From NCBI GenBank assembly GCA_951406725.2, contig OX597817.1:115940001-116004000 (forward strand): a stretch of DNA of 64,000 nucleotides. Direction: 5' to 3'. The notes beneath the pieces were generated by a model, which was given only the letters and a program-made list of their open reading frames with translations, ran no database searches and had not been told where the DNA came from. The stretch comes from Octopus vulgaris. Lineage: Eukaryota. This document shows positions 25,490 to 36,880 of the stretch, one piece after another. The position numbers and the translations under genes were made by a program. Position 1 is the stretch's first letter. Each line of letters begins with the position of its first letter.

Positions 25490-26170
25490 TTGTGCATGGT
25501 AAATTATATAGCATGTATATTATCCTGATGTTAGGTGACAACAAGTCACACCAAATCTCAAGGATCTTTCTTAGGATTCATGCAGAATATAGGACGGTAG
25601 ATCTTTTGCAGGTCAACGATGCAAGTTTTAGTTCCAATCTTTTCAGTCTTTCAGGCAGCTTTGTGTGTACTGTGCCATGTGCAACAAAAGCCACAGAATA
25701 ATTTTTTTCCTGGTCTTCCACAGTCATCTCAGCTCCCCGGCTAGGTCCTGATATTTCTCAATTTCTTTAATATCGATTCTGGAATCATAGGGATTTGCTG
25801 ATTTATGAGCTTATATTGTTTATTTTAATCTCCAGGATCACATCCGGCCTTCTTGCTTTAGTAGTAAGGTTAGTCTTTGTCGGAAAATCTCAAAAACCTT
25901 ATAATTCGCATTTTATATCACAGCCTTTAGCTTGTTCTCATACCTCTTTTCTGTTGCGTTGACGCCGAACACTCGACTAATATCACAATGCACCAGATGG
26001 CCTGCATGTCATGCCAGTCATTATATTCCTTTTGCGTTAGTGTACTGCTCTCAATCAAGGTGATTGACAATTTCGCGTCCTTTCCTGCAAATTCTACATT
26101 TACTGTCTGAGGATTGTCCATCTTTGCATTTATTTCAATATGTATTATTGAACGTTGTTTAGTTTCCATT
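25490..26170 (-). mobile_element. R4/Dong-like RLE non-LTR retrotransposon 3' fragment
   Basis: Zinc knuckle SKCRICRKGREIVNHL..STLTQKEYNDWHD, then ARRPDVI and ANPYDSRIDIKEIEKYQDLAGELR*LWK (restriction-like endonuclease). Confidence 0.85.
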
Positions 26171-26430
26171 TGAGATGATCATAAATATGTAAGTGTTTAA
26201 AGGAATAGTAGGAGCGAGATAGATAGCTTGGTGAATAGATTAAATCACACTGTCAGTTGTGAATAGATCCCGCAGATGGTGACGAGATCAGCAATGGGCA
26301 TTCCTGTGCGATAATGAGACAAAAGTGGCCTCACACACTTTACTACTAGCGATCAATAAGAGCAGTGATCTTGGCCTTGAAAGGAACCAATTCATCTTGT
26401 TCTATTTTTAATTACTGATAGAAAAATAAT

Positions 26431-26471
<41 letters not shown>

Positions 26472-27100
26472 GAGATGGTGAAATAGAGGGAAATATTAGA
26501 GTTCAGTATGAGGAGTTATTTTGGACTAACACTTTTTCATTCACTCTTCTGGCTTTCATTTTCTCGTCCTCCTTTTTCCTTCTTCTTTTCTCACCCTTTC
26601 CTTTGATCTCTCTCTTCATTTTAACGCACACATCTCTTCTCCCCTCTCCATCCACTTAATACTTCCACTATATTCTCAAATTTTTATTAACAACACAAGA
26701 CCCCTTTGAATAAACAGCACATGGAATCTACGTCTCCACACTTTCCACTTTTGATGAAAAAAATGAACTCCTATTGGAATTTATATACCAAGGACAAGAA
26801 ACATTTCTACCATTTCTAAACATCACTTTTCTTGGATAATCGAACTGCAACTACAACATATTTATACATTTTTATTTTTAGTCACTCTCCTGTTTCCCTA
26901 TATACTCCTCATTTTCTTCCTATTCCAAAATAGCTCCTCATATTGAACTCTAATATTTCTCTCTATTCAACTATTTCACATCGTCTCTGATGAAAGGATA
27001 GCCCTTATATCCCAGAAACAGTTGTAAGACTAACTTTCTATTTATAAAGGTCCTTAAAATTCCACACAGCCTTGGCTTAATTGTCTCATTTTATTTAACA
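26472..27100 (+). mobile_element. Probable Penelope-like pseudo-LTR remnant with inverted terminal segment and hammerhead motif
   Basis: 26472-26525 is the reverse complement of 26924-26977 (~54 bp). The hammerhead motif follows immediately; the body is pyrimidine-rich and non-coding. Confidence 0.6.
26983..27030 (+). ncRNA. Minimal type-I hammerhead ribozyme motif (PLE-type), possibly inactive
   Basis: gtct-CTGATGA-aa ggata gccctta tatcc ca-GAAA-cagttg-TA-agac: stem I gtct/agac, both core boxes intact, stem II ggata/tatcc, near-palindromic stem III. The closing pair of stem II is non-canonical. Confidence 0.65.
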
Positions 27101-27485
27101 CATACATACGAAACATCAACATTCAAATGAACCAGGCATTTAAATGGTAAGGTACCGGTTTGGGTCAAAATCAAAATGAGTACACAATAAAAATAGACGA
27201 ATGCATATTATGGTATGGAAGTACAGACAGAACAATATTCAGGATATATATATGATTAAGTGAGCCCGACTGCGTATATTTCTAGACCTCAGGCTAATCA
27301 AGAAAGTACATTGTATTAAATATACTCGTTGCCCCACGAAGGTGTATATGGTGTTGATTTTTTAATGATTCTAAATGCTGGGGCTCATGTATTTACTTGA
27401 TGAAAAAGTTTTTTCTAATGATGTAATCTGTCTATTAATCAATTAAAATACGCTGTAGTGAAATGACATATTATCCATCTGTCGT

Positions 27486-27530
<45 letters not shown>

Positions 27531-27994
27531 CATATATAGTATGATACACACATACACAAACATATATATATGCATGTATGTTTGCTTTCACGTATGTCTG
27601 TGTGCATGTATGTATGTATGAGAAATTAAATTAAACACAAGTTTGTATTATTTGTTCTCTACATATGTTTCGCAATTGTGGTTATCCCTAACTGTTGTAA
27701 TTGGATGTTTCAAATTCATCTGGATGCTGAACAGATGAGATTCTGTTTCAGCACACAATTGCACTTGAAACCTCCAAAAGAGAGGCTGTAAACAACGTTT
27801 GGTGAAACGTACGCAGGAAAGCAATGACATATAATTCTCTTTAACATACATTCACCAACATTCGGTGGACTATCATAACCAGTACTTCTACTAAGTTCAA
27901 TAATAATCCCGCAACTAAATTGGAAGCAGAATCGGCGATCATACTCTGAAATCACCAATGGGAGTACATCGAAGTGTTTACACAAGATATACTG

Positions 27995-28067
27995 TGTATA
28001 TATATACATACATATAAACATGGTGTAAATATATATATATATATATATATATATACAAACATACATG

Positions 28068-28102
<35 letters not shown>

Positions 28103-28170
28103 AACATACATGTTGAATATATATATATATATATATATATGTTTATATATACATATACATCTTTATATAT
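27995..28170. repeat. Compound (TA)n array with repeated acaaacatacatgttgaa spacers
   Basis: The spacer occurs twice exactly and once in variant form between TA runs. Confidence 0.9.
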
Positions 28171-30091
28171 ATGTGAGTGTGAATGTATTTATGTTTGCAT
28201 GCATGTTCTGTATATAGGTATATGCATTCACTCATACATACGGTAACATATATATTAAAGCCCAAACACCCGTGAAACATAACTTTATGATAATGCTGTT
28301 TATGTCCACCAATAATCTGTTGTTTCGAAAAATTACTTAAAAATAATAATCTTAAACATTCCTAAAAGTATGTGTGTGCGTGTGCGTATGAGTGTGTGAG
28401 TTTCTGAACATGTGAGTTCGCATGTATGCCTTTGTGCGTACGTATATATGCTCGTAATTTGGCGAGCCAATAGTTCAGCTCGTAAAAACAAGTGTCTCAA
28501 TGGATTTATTGAGTTAATATTCATACATTTAATCATGAATATAATGCGATATATGGAATACAGTGCAAAACTGAAGCGTATCATAGACACAAGATATACA
28601 TTTTACTGCAACTACAGACATTTAAATACATGTATATGAATATGTATATTTATGTGTGCGTGAGTGTATGTGTGTCTGTGCGTACGAGCATGCATGTGTG
28701 TATATGTGTGTGTACATGTGAGTGCATACCTATATACATATAAACAAATACAAACACACTTACCTATATATGAGTGTGCTTGAACTTATAAATTTGCAAT
28801 GAAAAGTTTAGAATAAAGAAATGTGAGATATAGATATGAATAAATGAAGAAGCTATACAATTCATATTTATATTTATCTAAAACGGCAGCCAACGATTTT
28901 TCATCATGTGATATCTCAAGTTACCTCTACCGTATATATGGTTTCTGGAAAGAACTTAATCTTCTATTCTCAGAAGAATTTTCCAGCTCCGATTTTCACA
29001 TTTTCATCTTTAAATTTAGCTCTCGGAAGCTACATTGCATAGATATTTTCTCCATATTGATTCCATCGTAAATTTAGGTGTATTTATATTTGTACTAGAA
29101 AAAAATATTTGTATGAAGTATTGTTAGGTTTAGATATGAATAACCGAAGCTCTACAATGCAATTGCCTTTTCATATAAAACTAATCAGAATCATGTTATG
29201 ATGTGAAAGTTCGATTTGGAAAACAAACATCCGTAAGAAATAGAAGTGAGTGTAAGTGTTGAAATTGTTAACAAACAATCTGTGAGCCACATATATTGCA
29301 AACATACTCATAACTGGTTTCTTTCTACTCAGCACGACTTGGCGAACATCATCTGGATAGAAAATGACCATGTTGCCAGTTGTGTATAACATACACGAAC
29401 ATATTCGTACAAACACTTATGTGTATGTATGTGTAACTGTAAGTGAGCGTCTAATGATATTATATTTCGGCTTGACTGTCAACAATGTAGCAAAGATATA
29501 CTTTAGTTGCTTTGAGAGATGGGATACAAATAGAATATGCCTTTGTGGAGTTCCTAATCTCAAATGTTTATTTATCCTTAGAAAAAACAAGGGGTCGTTA
29601 CTGCGAATGAGAAAAAAGAAATATTTACACCATGCTAAACAGTCCAGCAGGTTTTGTGAGATGTTCGGGTCAAGGACTGTAGCCATGAGTGGTGTGGATT
29701 TCTGTAACTAGCAGGCTTAAACTGTGTCATGAGCACGGACGTCGTCATAATAATAGTCTTCGATGTTAAGTCGTGTAGCTGCGGTAGCCAACGACATTTG
29801 TTGGTCGGTGACAACTAGTGAATTAGAAAAACAATTTATATAAGGCTAACTCAGTACGCAAAAAAGAGGATACATTGTAAAGGACAATAACATATATTAT
29901 TTACTAGACATGGATTTAGTAAGATATACATTTGCTGGTCCTAATATTTTGAGTGGGTAGTTCTTTGATAAGGTTACCATTCGTCGGCGGTTTCAGGTTT
30001 CTACTATTGTTGTTTTTAGATTTAAACAGCGACATCTGGGTTTGATCGATTCCGATGAACATTGTTGGTGTTTGGGGCACCAATAAAAATA

Positions 30092-30960
30092 TCTGCTACA
30101 TATGTGGAAAATTCTGTCTGTTGGTATGTTTGTGGAGTTGTTAGCTTACACCTCCTACATCGTTTTATCGATTTTGATGAAACTTGACACGTGAGTAGAA
30201 ATCATGTCTGGAAATTTCATGACATACTCAGATTATTGTAAAAATCAATAATAGAGCACCTGGAAGGGATCCTTTTATTTCTCTAATATCTTTAAGTTTA
30301 AAAACAAAGGGAAATAACCCATTCGCTTCTGGAAGACATCCTTATATGTAGCGAAGAGAAATAACCCATTCATTTTCCTAAATAAGTTGGTAAAAATGAA
30401 ATTGAGTATGCTTATTTCTTAGTATTTGAACTTTTAGAGTTATTTTCGCAATTTATCCAGTAAATAGTGTTAAGTGATTTATTCACAAATATACCAACAC
30501 TAGCGCCGCTGAGGGTAATAATCTCTAGGAACGCAGAAAAGCCGTTTTCAGAGTTATTTAATTTGAATTGTTATCATCTCACATCTGATTAACCTGTTAT
30601 TACGTAACATGTTTCCCGATTTTAGTATACATGCTTTATTAATATTTCCTCCGATGTTCTATATACTCTGGGAACGCAATAATGACCTTTTCGGAGTTAC
30701 TTTCTTTGAATTTTTACTATCGTGTAACTAATTTCATTCTATTACATAACTGACTTCAAAATTTAGGTATTCATAATTTATTGGGACTTTCTGAAAACAG
30801 GATCCTGTGTAAGACAGTTCGATATTCTCAGTAAATGCACAAAAACAGCTTTAATGGCTGCGTACTTTGTACTGTTGTTATTGGCTTAGCAAAACAATTA
30901 TAAGAAGGGAATCAAGGGATAAGCCCCGCTTTCCCGGGGATTACCGAGTGCATCAGCTAG
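30092..30960 (+). mobile_element. Probable non-autonomous Helitron-type element
   Basis: A|TC start followed by ctgtctgttggtatgtttgt and tcgattttgatgaaacttg; 3' GC hairpin ccccgctttcccgggg shortly before CTAG|T; two internal ~143 bp direct repeats. Confidence 0.65.
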
Positions 30961-31045
<85 letters not shown>

Positions 31046-31180
31046 TTGTGTATATATTCATGTATGTCATATATGTATATACATATGTGTGTGTGTGTAC
31101 AGTCATATATGGATACGCGCGCACACATATGTAAACATGTGTATATAAATATGTATGTTTGTGTGTATGCATACATGTAG
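30961..31180. repeat. (TA)n/(TG)n compound microsatellite
   Basis: Seen directly. Confidence 0.9.
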
Positions 31181-33642
31181 ACAAATTTGAGCTAAGAAAA
31201 ATGTATTAATAGTGTGGTTGCGAAAGATGAAGTAAACTATATTAAATAACAAACAGGATATACTCGTGATGTATTAAAATCAACCGGGCTGCGAGTAAAT
31301 GGAAAGAAGCACCTAGTGACAATTGCTACTCGGAACGAGTATAAAATTTAATATGCTGAATGAAAAATTACTGCTGAACTAATATGCCAATGAGCAAAAT
31401 TGAAGTATTTATTTATTATGTCCTGTTAGAATCTTCATGAAGCAGAGACAAAATATATGGTGACATAACTGGATAAATTGATACAATTTTGCAATCTAGT
31501 GACATATCCGTTTCGATTTAAGTAAACATGATTTTGATACGAACATATTTTTTTAAACAAAACCGCTTTACTTATCCCTTCATCTTAAATAGTAGATTTT
31601 ATTAGAGATTTATGATTTTATTAATGCAATCAGAAAAGTCCTGATCCTATATTGCCAGTGGGTAGATAATGCATTATTTTTATTTATATTAGAATATTTG
31701 CTGTTTCGATTTTGCTGAGGACTTCGGATTTTAACTCAATTTATATGCAGTCCAGCCTAGTAATAAGCTAAGAAATGTTTATAGCAATATATGTTTTTAA
31801 AGTTTCTTTGTTAATTTTGAATAAAAACAGTAGCTAGACAATAGAGCAATAATGAAAATATATTTAATATCTTAATGCATTTATCTTGTAAATATACAAC
31901 AGTATTAGTAAGAAAATAAGATACTATTCTATTTAGAAATTAAAGAATTCTGCTTTATTCATAATTTACATCACAATCACAGACAAGCTAAAACACAATC
32001 ACAGATATTTTGAGTATTGGCGCAAGTATCTGGAATGAATGCGACGAGTATAGGGATGGTTAAATAATAATAAAAAATGAAGAATTGGGTGTGTGACTAA
32101 ACAAATAATTGGATGAGTAAACGATATTCTGTAACAAAATAACAAATAACAGACTACTGAATGCCATGTTCTTAATATTTGTTTCCAGTGCAAGTGAACT
32201 GAAAAGAGACGGAATGATTTCAGTTCTAATATACGCCATAGCAACTAATTCACTCAATGAATGAAATATATATATATATGAATTAAATTACTTGTCCCTG
32301 GGATTATAAAATTGGACTACCATATTAAAGGAATTTGGCCTTTAATTGAAACTGTATCATTAAATAAATATATAAACATATATATAATAACAGAAACAAC
32401 AAAATATGCATGTATATACACAGGCGCGCTCGAAAAAGTGGATATAAGCATAAACGTATATATCTATAAGTATATATACTCACAGTTAATTATACATATA
32501 TAAGATCCAAGGATCGAGGTATAAGAAGGTTAGTTTCAAGCAATCCGTAGTAAATACAAAAACAACATTCGGGGACAAAAGTGGTTTATTGAAACGGAAG
32601 GATGTGGATTGTTTTCTTATCGAAGTACAATAAATTGTAAAAAGTTATTTATATTTCACGGCAGGCAACCAGGTTTGCCGGGTATGCAAATAAGAATACA
32701 AGAGTTAAGGAATGAAGTAAACAAGAATGTATATGCCCATCTTCGGGTGAATAGAATCAAATGCTCTCCGAGGACGATATTTTGATCCTCCACATTTTAT
32801 ACATATATCGCAAAACGGAAAATAAATTGGAAGAGTTATAGTGAAGAATGTCACAAAAAGATAAACTTTAACAATTACCATCTTTTGCGTCTTTCACTGT
32901 TCCACTTCAAGGAGGACCAATGACACATCCTCAATACACCAAAATCCTAAAATCTGTTACTTTGCAGCTTTAACTTTAAATGTATATCTCACTACCAGAG
33001 CTTGCATGATGCAATACAACATGACATCGTCAGTGGTACTAAGTACATAGCCGTACAATGCATTCTCAATATTATGCTGTTTTATGGATGGAAAGGACAC
33101 TATGCATCATATTATGCAATGATTATGTCATTAACAAGCACTCTGAATTTGTTTAAAAATATAACCACGATCTCGATTGGGAATTTAGAAGAAACCATTG
33201 ACATTATGTGAAACACTTATTTAGTCACTCGTGTATCAATTATTATTTTTTCTGTTTTACTATATTATACAATTGGAAAAAAATATGTGTTTGCATACAG
33301 TTGTTTGTGTAAAAGTGTATACAACTGTAGGATAAGTGAATTTGTTATTACTTATTAATATAAATATTTACGATGTGTAATTACAGAATGAATATTGAAT
33401 GTATTTCTATAGAAGTATTATACGTGAACGGGTATATAACTATATGTAAAACTAAGTCTGTCCTACCAACCTTATCAGTTCCCTTACACCTGTTCCTTTT
33501 ATGTGAATATAAATTTGACGAAAAAGTTTTTATGCGTATAAACAGACAGCTTATTAATGGTAATCTATTTAGCATTTGCTAATTCATCTTTTCAATGCAA
33601 ATTGTTTTGATTTGCTAAAACTTATTTTTTCAATTCGTTGTT

Positions 33643-33870
33643 TTCATTATTCCAACGATTCGGAAAACTTTTGTACATAAAAACGAATTCACCTACACAG
33701 CCAGAAACACTAAATGGTGAATACTGAACAATTAATAGGAACATTGCTTATGGTGAAGTGACTTACAGATATGTAGATATTGTCGTATGTATGCATGGAT
33801 TTCGTACAATTTCGAATAAAGTACAATTAACATATGCCCTTTTAGATAAAGTTTATTGAATTATCAGTTA
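33643..33870 (+). repeat. Inverted duplication arm 1 (228 bp, partner 35640-35867)
   Basis: Ungapped reverse-complement match; about 9 substitutions counted by eye. Confidence 0.95.
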
Positions 33871-33889
33871 TTAATATCAGTTATTATCA

Positions 33890-34688
33890 GTTATTTCACC
33901 AAAATTACATTAAAATATCTTGAAATACTAAGAAATACATTTATTCAATAAAATTGTCATTGGCTTCAACAACGGCCTCTAGTCGACTCCAAAATCTCCT
34001 GCAACTTTTCTGGACGGTCTCCTTGTTTAAATTGGTGAATGCTACCTTAATCCTTGCTTTCAGTTTATCTTTGGTGTTACAAGAAGCTTTCTTGCTCTTT
34101 CGCTCAACTGCGCCCCACACATAATATGAATGGGAGCAGCACTCTGGGGAGCTAGGTGGCCAGATATTAGGAGTGATACGGTCGCAGATGTGGTTTGACA
34201 TCCAGTGTTCTCCTGCTTGCATGGCAAGATGCAAAGTCTTGTTGCCAGCCATAGGGTCTTCGTTCAGCCACCCTCTTGATCCAGGTCAGCACTACCTCAT
34301 CCAGGCACTTGATGTAGGCCTTTGTGTTGAATCTGAGGCCGTGTGGGAAGATGAGGGTATAGCGTCGCCATCACTAGTAATCACCCCAAACATCATGATG
34401 TTGATTGCATGTTTGACTTTTATCACTCTCGGTACATGTTTTGGGGACAATCTGTCCTCTGATTGACACCCAGACATGTTCGTAGCGAAGATACCGACGC
34501 GAACGGCAAGCAGTACAGCATTTCTTTCCAGATTTCTGGCAGATTAAATTGCGTCATAGTGCTGTCTTTCTCCCAGGCGGTGCCGAACTGTCTCTGCTAT
34601 TCTGTGTAGTCGACAATATCAAAAACATACCAGGCGCACGCACGAAATAAAAAATACAAAATGGCGACAGTTTACCCATCACACCCTA
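33890..34688 (-). mobile_element. Internally deleted DD37D/maT-like transposon, 3' TIR lost
   Basis: VIKVKHAINIMMFGVITSDGDAIP, WQQDFASCH and WPPSSPECCSHSYYVWGAVE..RLEAVVEANDNFIE. The 5' terminus tagggtgtgatgggtaaactgtcgcc lies beside (TA)n. Confidence 0.88.
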
Positions 34689-34689
34689 C

Positions 34690-34734
<45 letters not shown>

Positions 34735-35639
34735 AGGAGTGAGTGGCAGAGGCGAACAGATAGAATGAAATAAAGATATATGTATGCACACACACATACA
34801 CACATCACACACTCATACGCGATAGTGCGTGTGTGCGTATATGTATGTGTGTGCTTGTGTGTGGATTGTAACAAACTACTCAGAATTTGTTTCTTTCTTA
34901 CAGTCTGTTCCATACATATGGGAGGTGACAAAAGTTCAGATGTGCATTCGTGTTTATATTGTATCTTTTCATGATATCGGTTACTCTAAAAATTTGATAT
35001 GCTTTTTTATGATCACACTGTCATTTCACCGGAAAGTATTACGTTGCTTCAGAAGCAATTAAACAAAGGTAGACGTTAATTGTGTTTAGGCCTTTAAGCT
35101 TCGTAAGTGAGCGATTAAATGTTTTTTTTTATCAACTATATATCTAACATATTACAACAGTACTGCTGAGATCCATAGGCAAGCTAAAGTGATTTCCATT
35201 CGGCATCGTAAAATACATTTTCGATCGGAAATGTAAACGTCATCGTAACCGAAATATGAGAAAACGACATAGTTGCTTTTCCTTTCTCCACAATACAGTT
35301 CCAAAGGAAATTGTACAGTAAAGAGTGACTGAACTATTCTTTTACAAATAATATATTTCCCTCTTAGAATATGTTCTCTTCAAAATTCATGCTGAAGAGC
35401 AACATTTGTATGTCATTTATAAAAACTAGTTCCATACCAGTCTATTTAGTAATGGCGAAAAACAAACTTTTCGATGTAAATTCTTTACCCATTCAAAATG
35501 GTACATTTAATATAATATATTCAGTGAAAAATTCGTCACATTAATTTTGAGATTTTTTAAATAAAAAGCTAAAAGTTATATTAGTTATTTTAAAATTAGT
35601 AACTCATTGTAACGTAGTTTGTCTTTCTGTATGAAAACT

Positions 35640-35867
35640 TAACTGATAATTTAATAAACTTTATCTAAAAGGGTATACGCTAATTGTACTTTATTCGAAA
35701 TTGTACGAAATCCATGCATACATACGACAATAACTACATATCTGTAAGTCACTTCACCATAAGCAATGTTCCTATTAATTGTTCAGTATTCACCATTGAG
35801 TGTTTCTGGCTGTGTAGGTGAATTCATTTCGATGTACAAAAGTTTTCCGAATCGTTGGAATAATGAA
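35640..35867 (-). repeat. Inverted duplication arm 2 (partner 33643-33870)
   Basis: Reverse complement of 33643-33870. Confidence 0.95.
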
Positions 35868-36745
35868 TCATATGAAAACAGCAGATATTTGTCCGTTCCG
35901 GACATCTGTAGTCAGAATTACAATCCACACTGATGCGTTGACCTTGATTCTAAAATATATACCTAACAAATGCAAGATTTATCAGTAACTGCAACATTTT
36001 TAAAGAGAATGGTAACACTATGTCAGATGGTTCAAAGAAATCTGGGAAAATTAGCTGTCTTCGAGCGTAAATGACTTTGATGGTGGTCAGTAAATAACAA
36101 GTATTTCTGTAGAACCTAAACAAAATATTATTGCAGGGAACATTTCCGTGGTTGTAAATCAGTAAAACATTACTGGAGCTCCTATTTCGTATTTGGTGAT
36201 GAGAAGAAGTAGACTGTTAATATTTAGTAACTCAAAAATGTATGTGGTTCAAAGAACTTGATTTTAATCTTTCCCTGAATCTACGTCTCCCAGGGTAGTT
36301 ACATTTCCAGGACGTTAATAATTGCATTGATTTCATCGTTCTTGTTCTTAGAATAGTGTTTGAACATGTCAAATGGTCATTTTTGTAGTTCATTGCTAGA
36401 TCAGTATAAACGAAAAAGTGCATTGAGTTTATGTTTGGAGAGTCAGAATCCACTGCTGTCTGCGAAGTGCGTGTCAGTGATATCTATGCTTGGACTATTT
36501 GAATTATTGGACAATTATCTTGATTTGACCGTGTGACAGAGGGATACTCGGGCAAACGGAGAGACAATAAAAAATTTTATCATATTGATTTGACAGATGT
36601 CATAGATGAGTACCTTTCATCATTGTTGCGGTTCTCGTATTTTAAAGGAAACAACTGTTGCAGGAAACTAAGTGCCGATGATCTACGTTGATGTACCCGT
36701 TTTCAACTGGTACATTGACCGATAGAATACGAGTCTATTCACCAG

Positions 36746-36794
36746 ACATACATGCATACATACATACATACATACGTTCATACATTCATACACT

Positions 36795-36880
<86 letters not shown>
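36746..36880. repeat. (CATA)n/(CA)n/(TA)n compound microsatellite
   Basis: Seen directly. Confidence 0.93.

Noticed and set aside
35880-36660. Cadherin-like words (TAVDSDSPN, GDVDSGKD, VVNQ*N) suggesting a protocadherin pseudogene
   Set aside because: They lie in different frames and strands with wrong spacing and no DxNDN/LDRE motifs; probably chance. A tBLASTn against octopus protocadherins would settle it.
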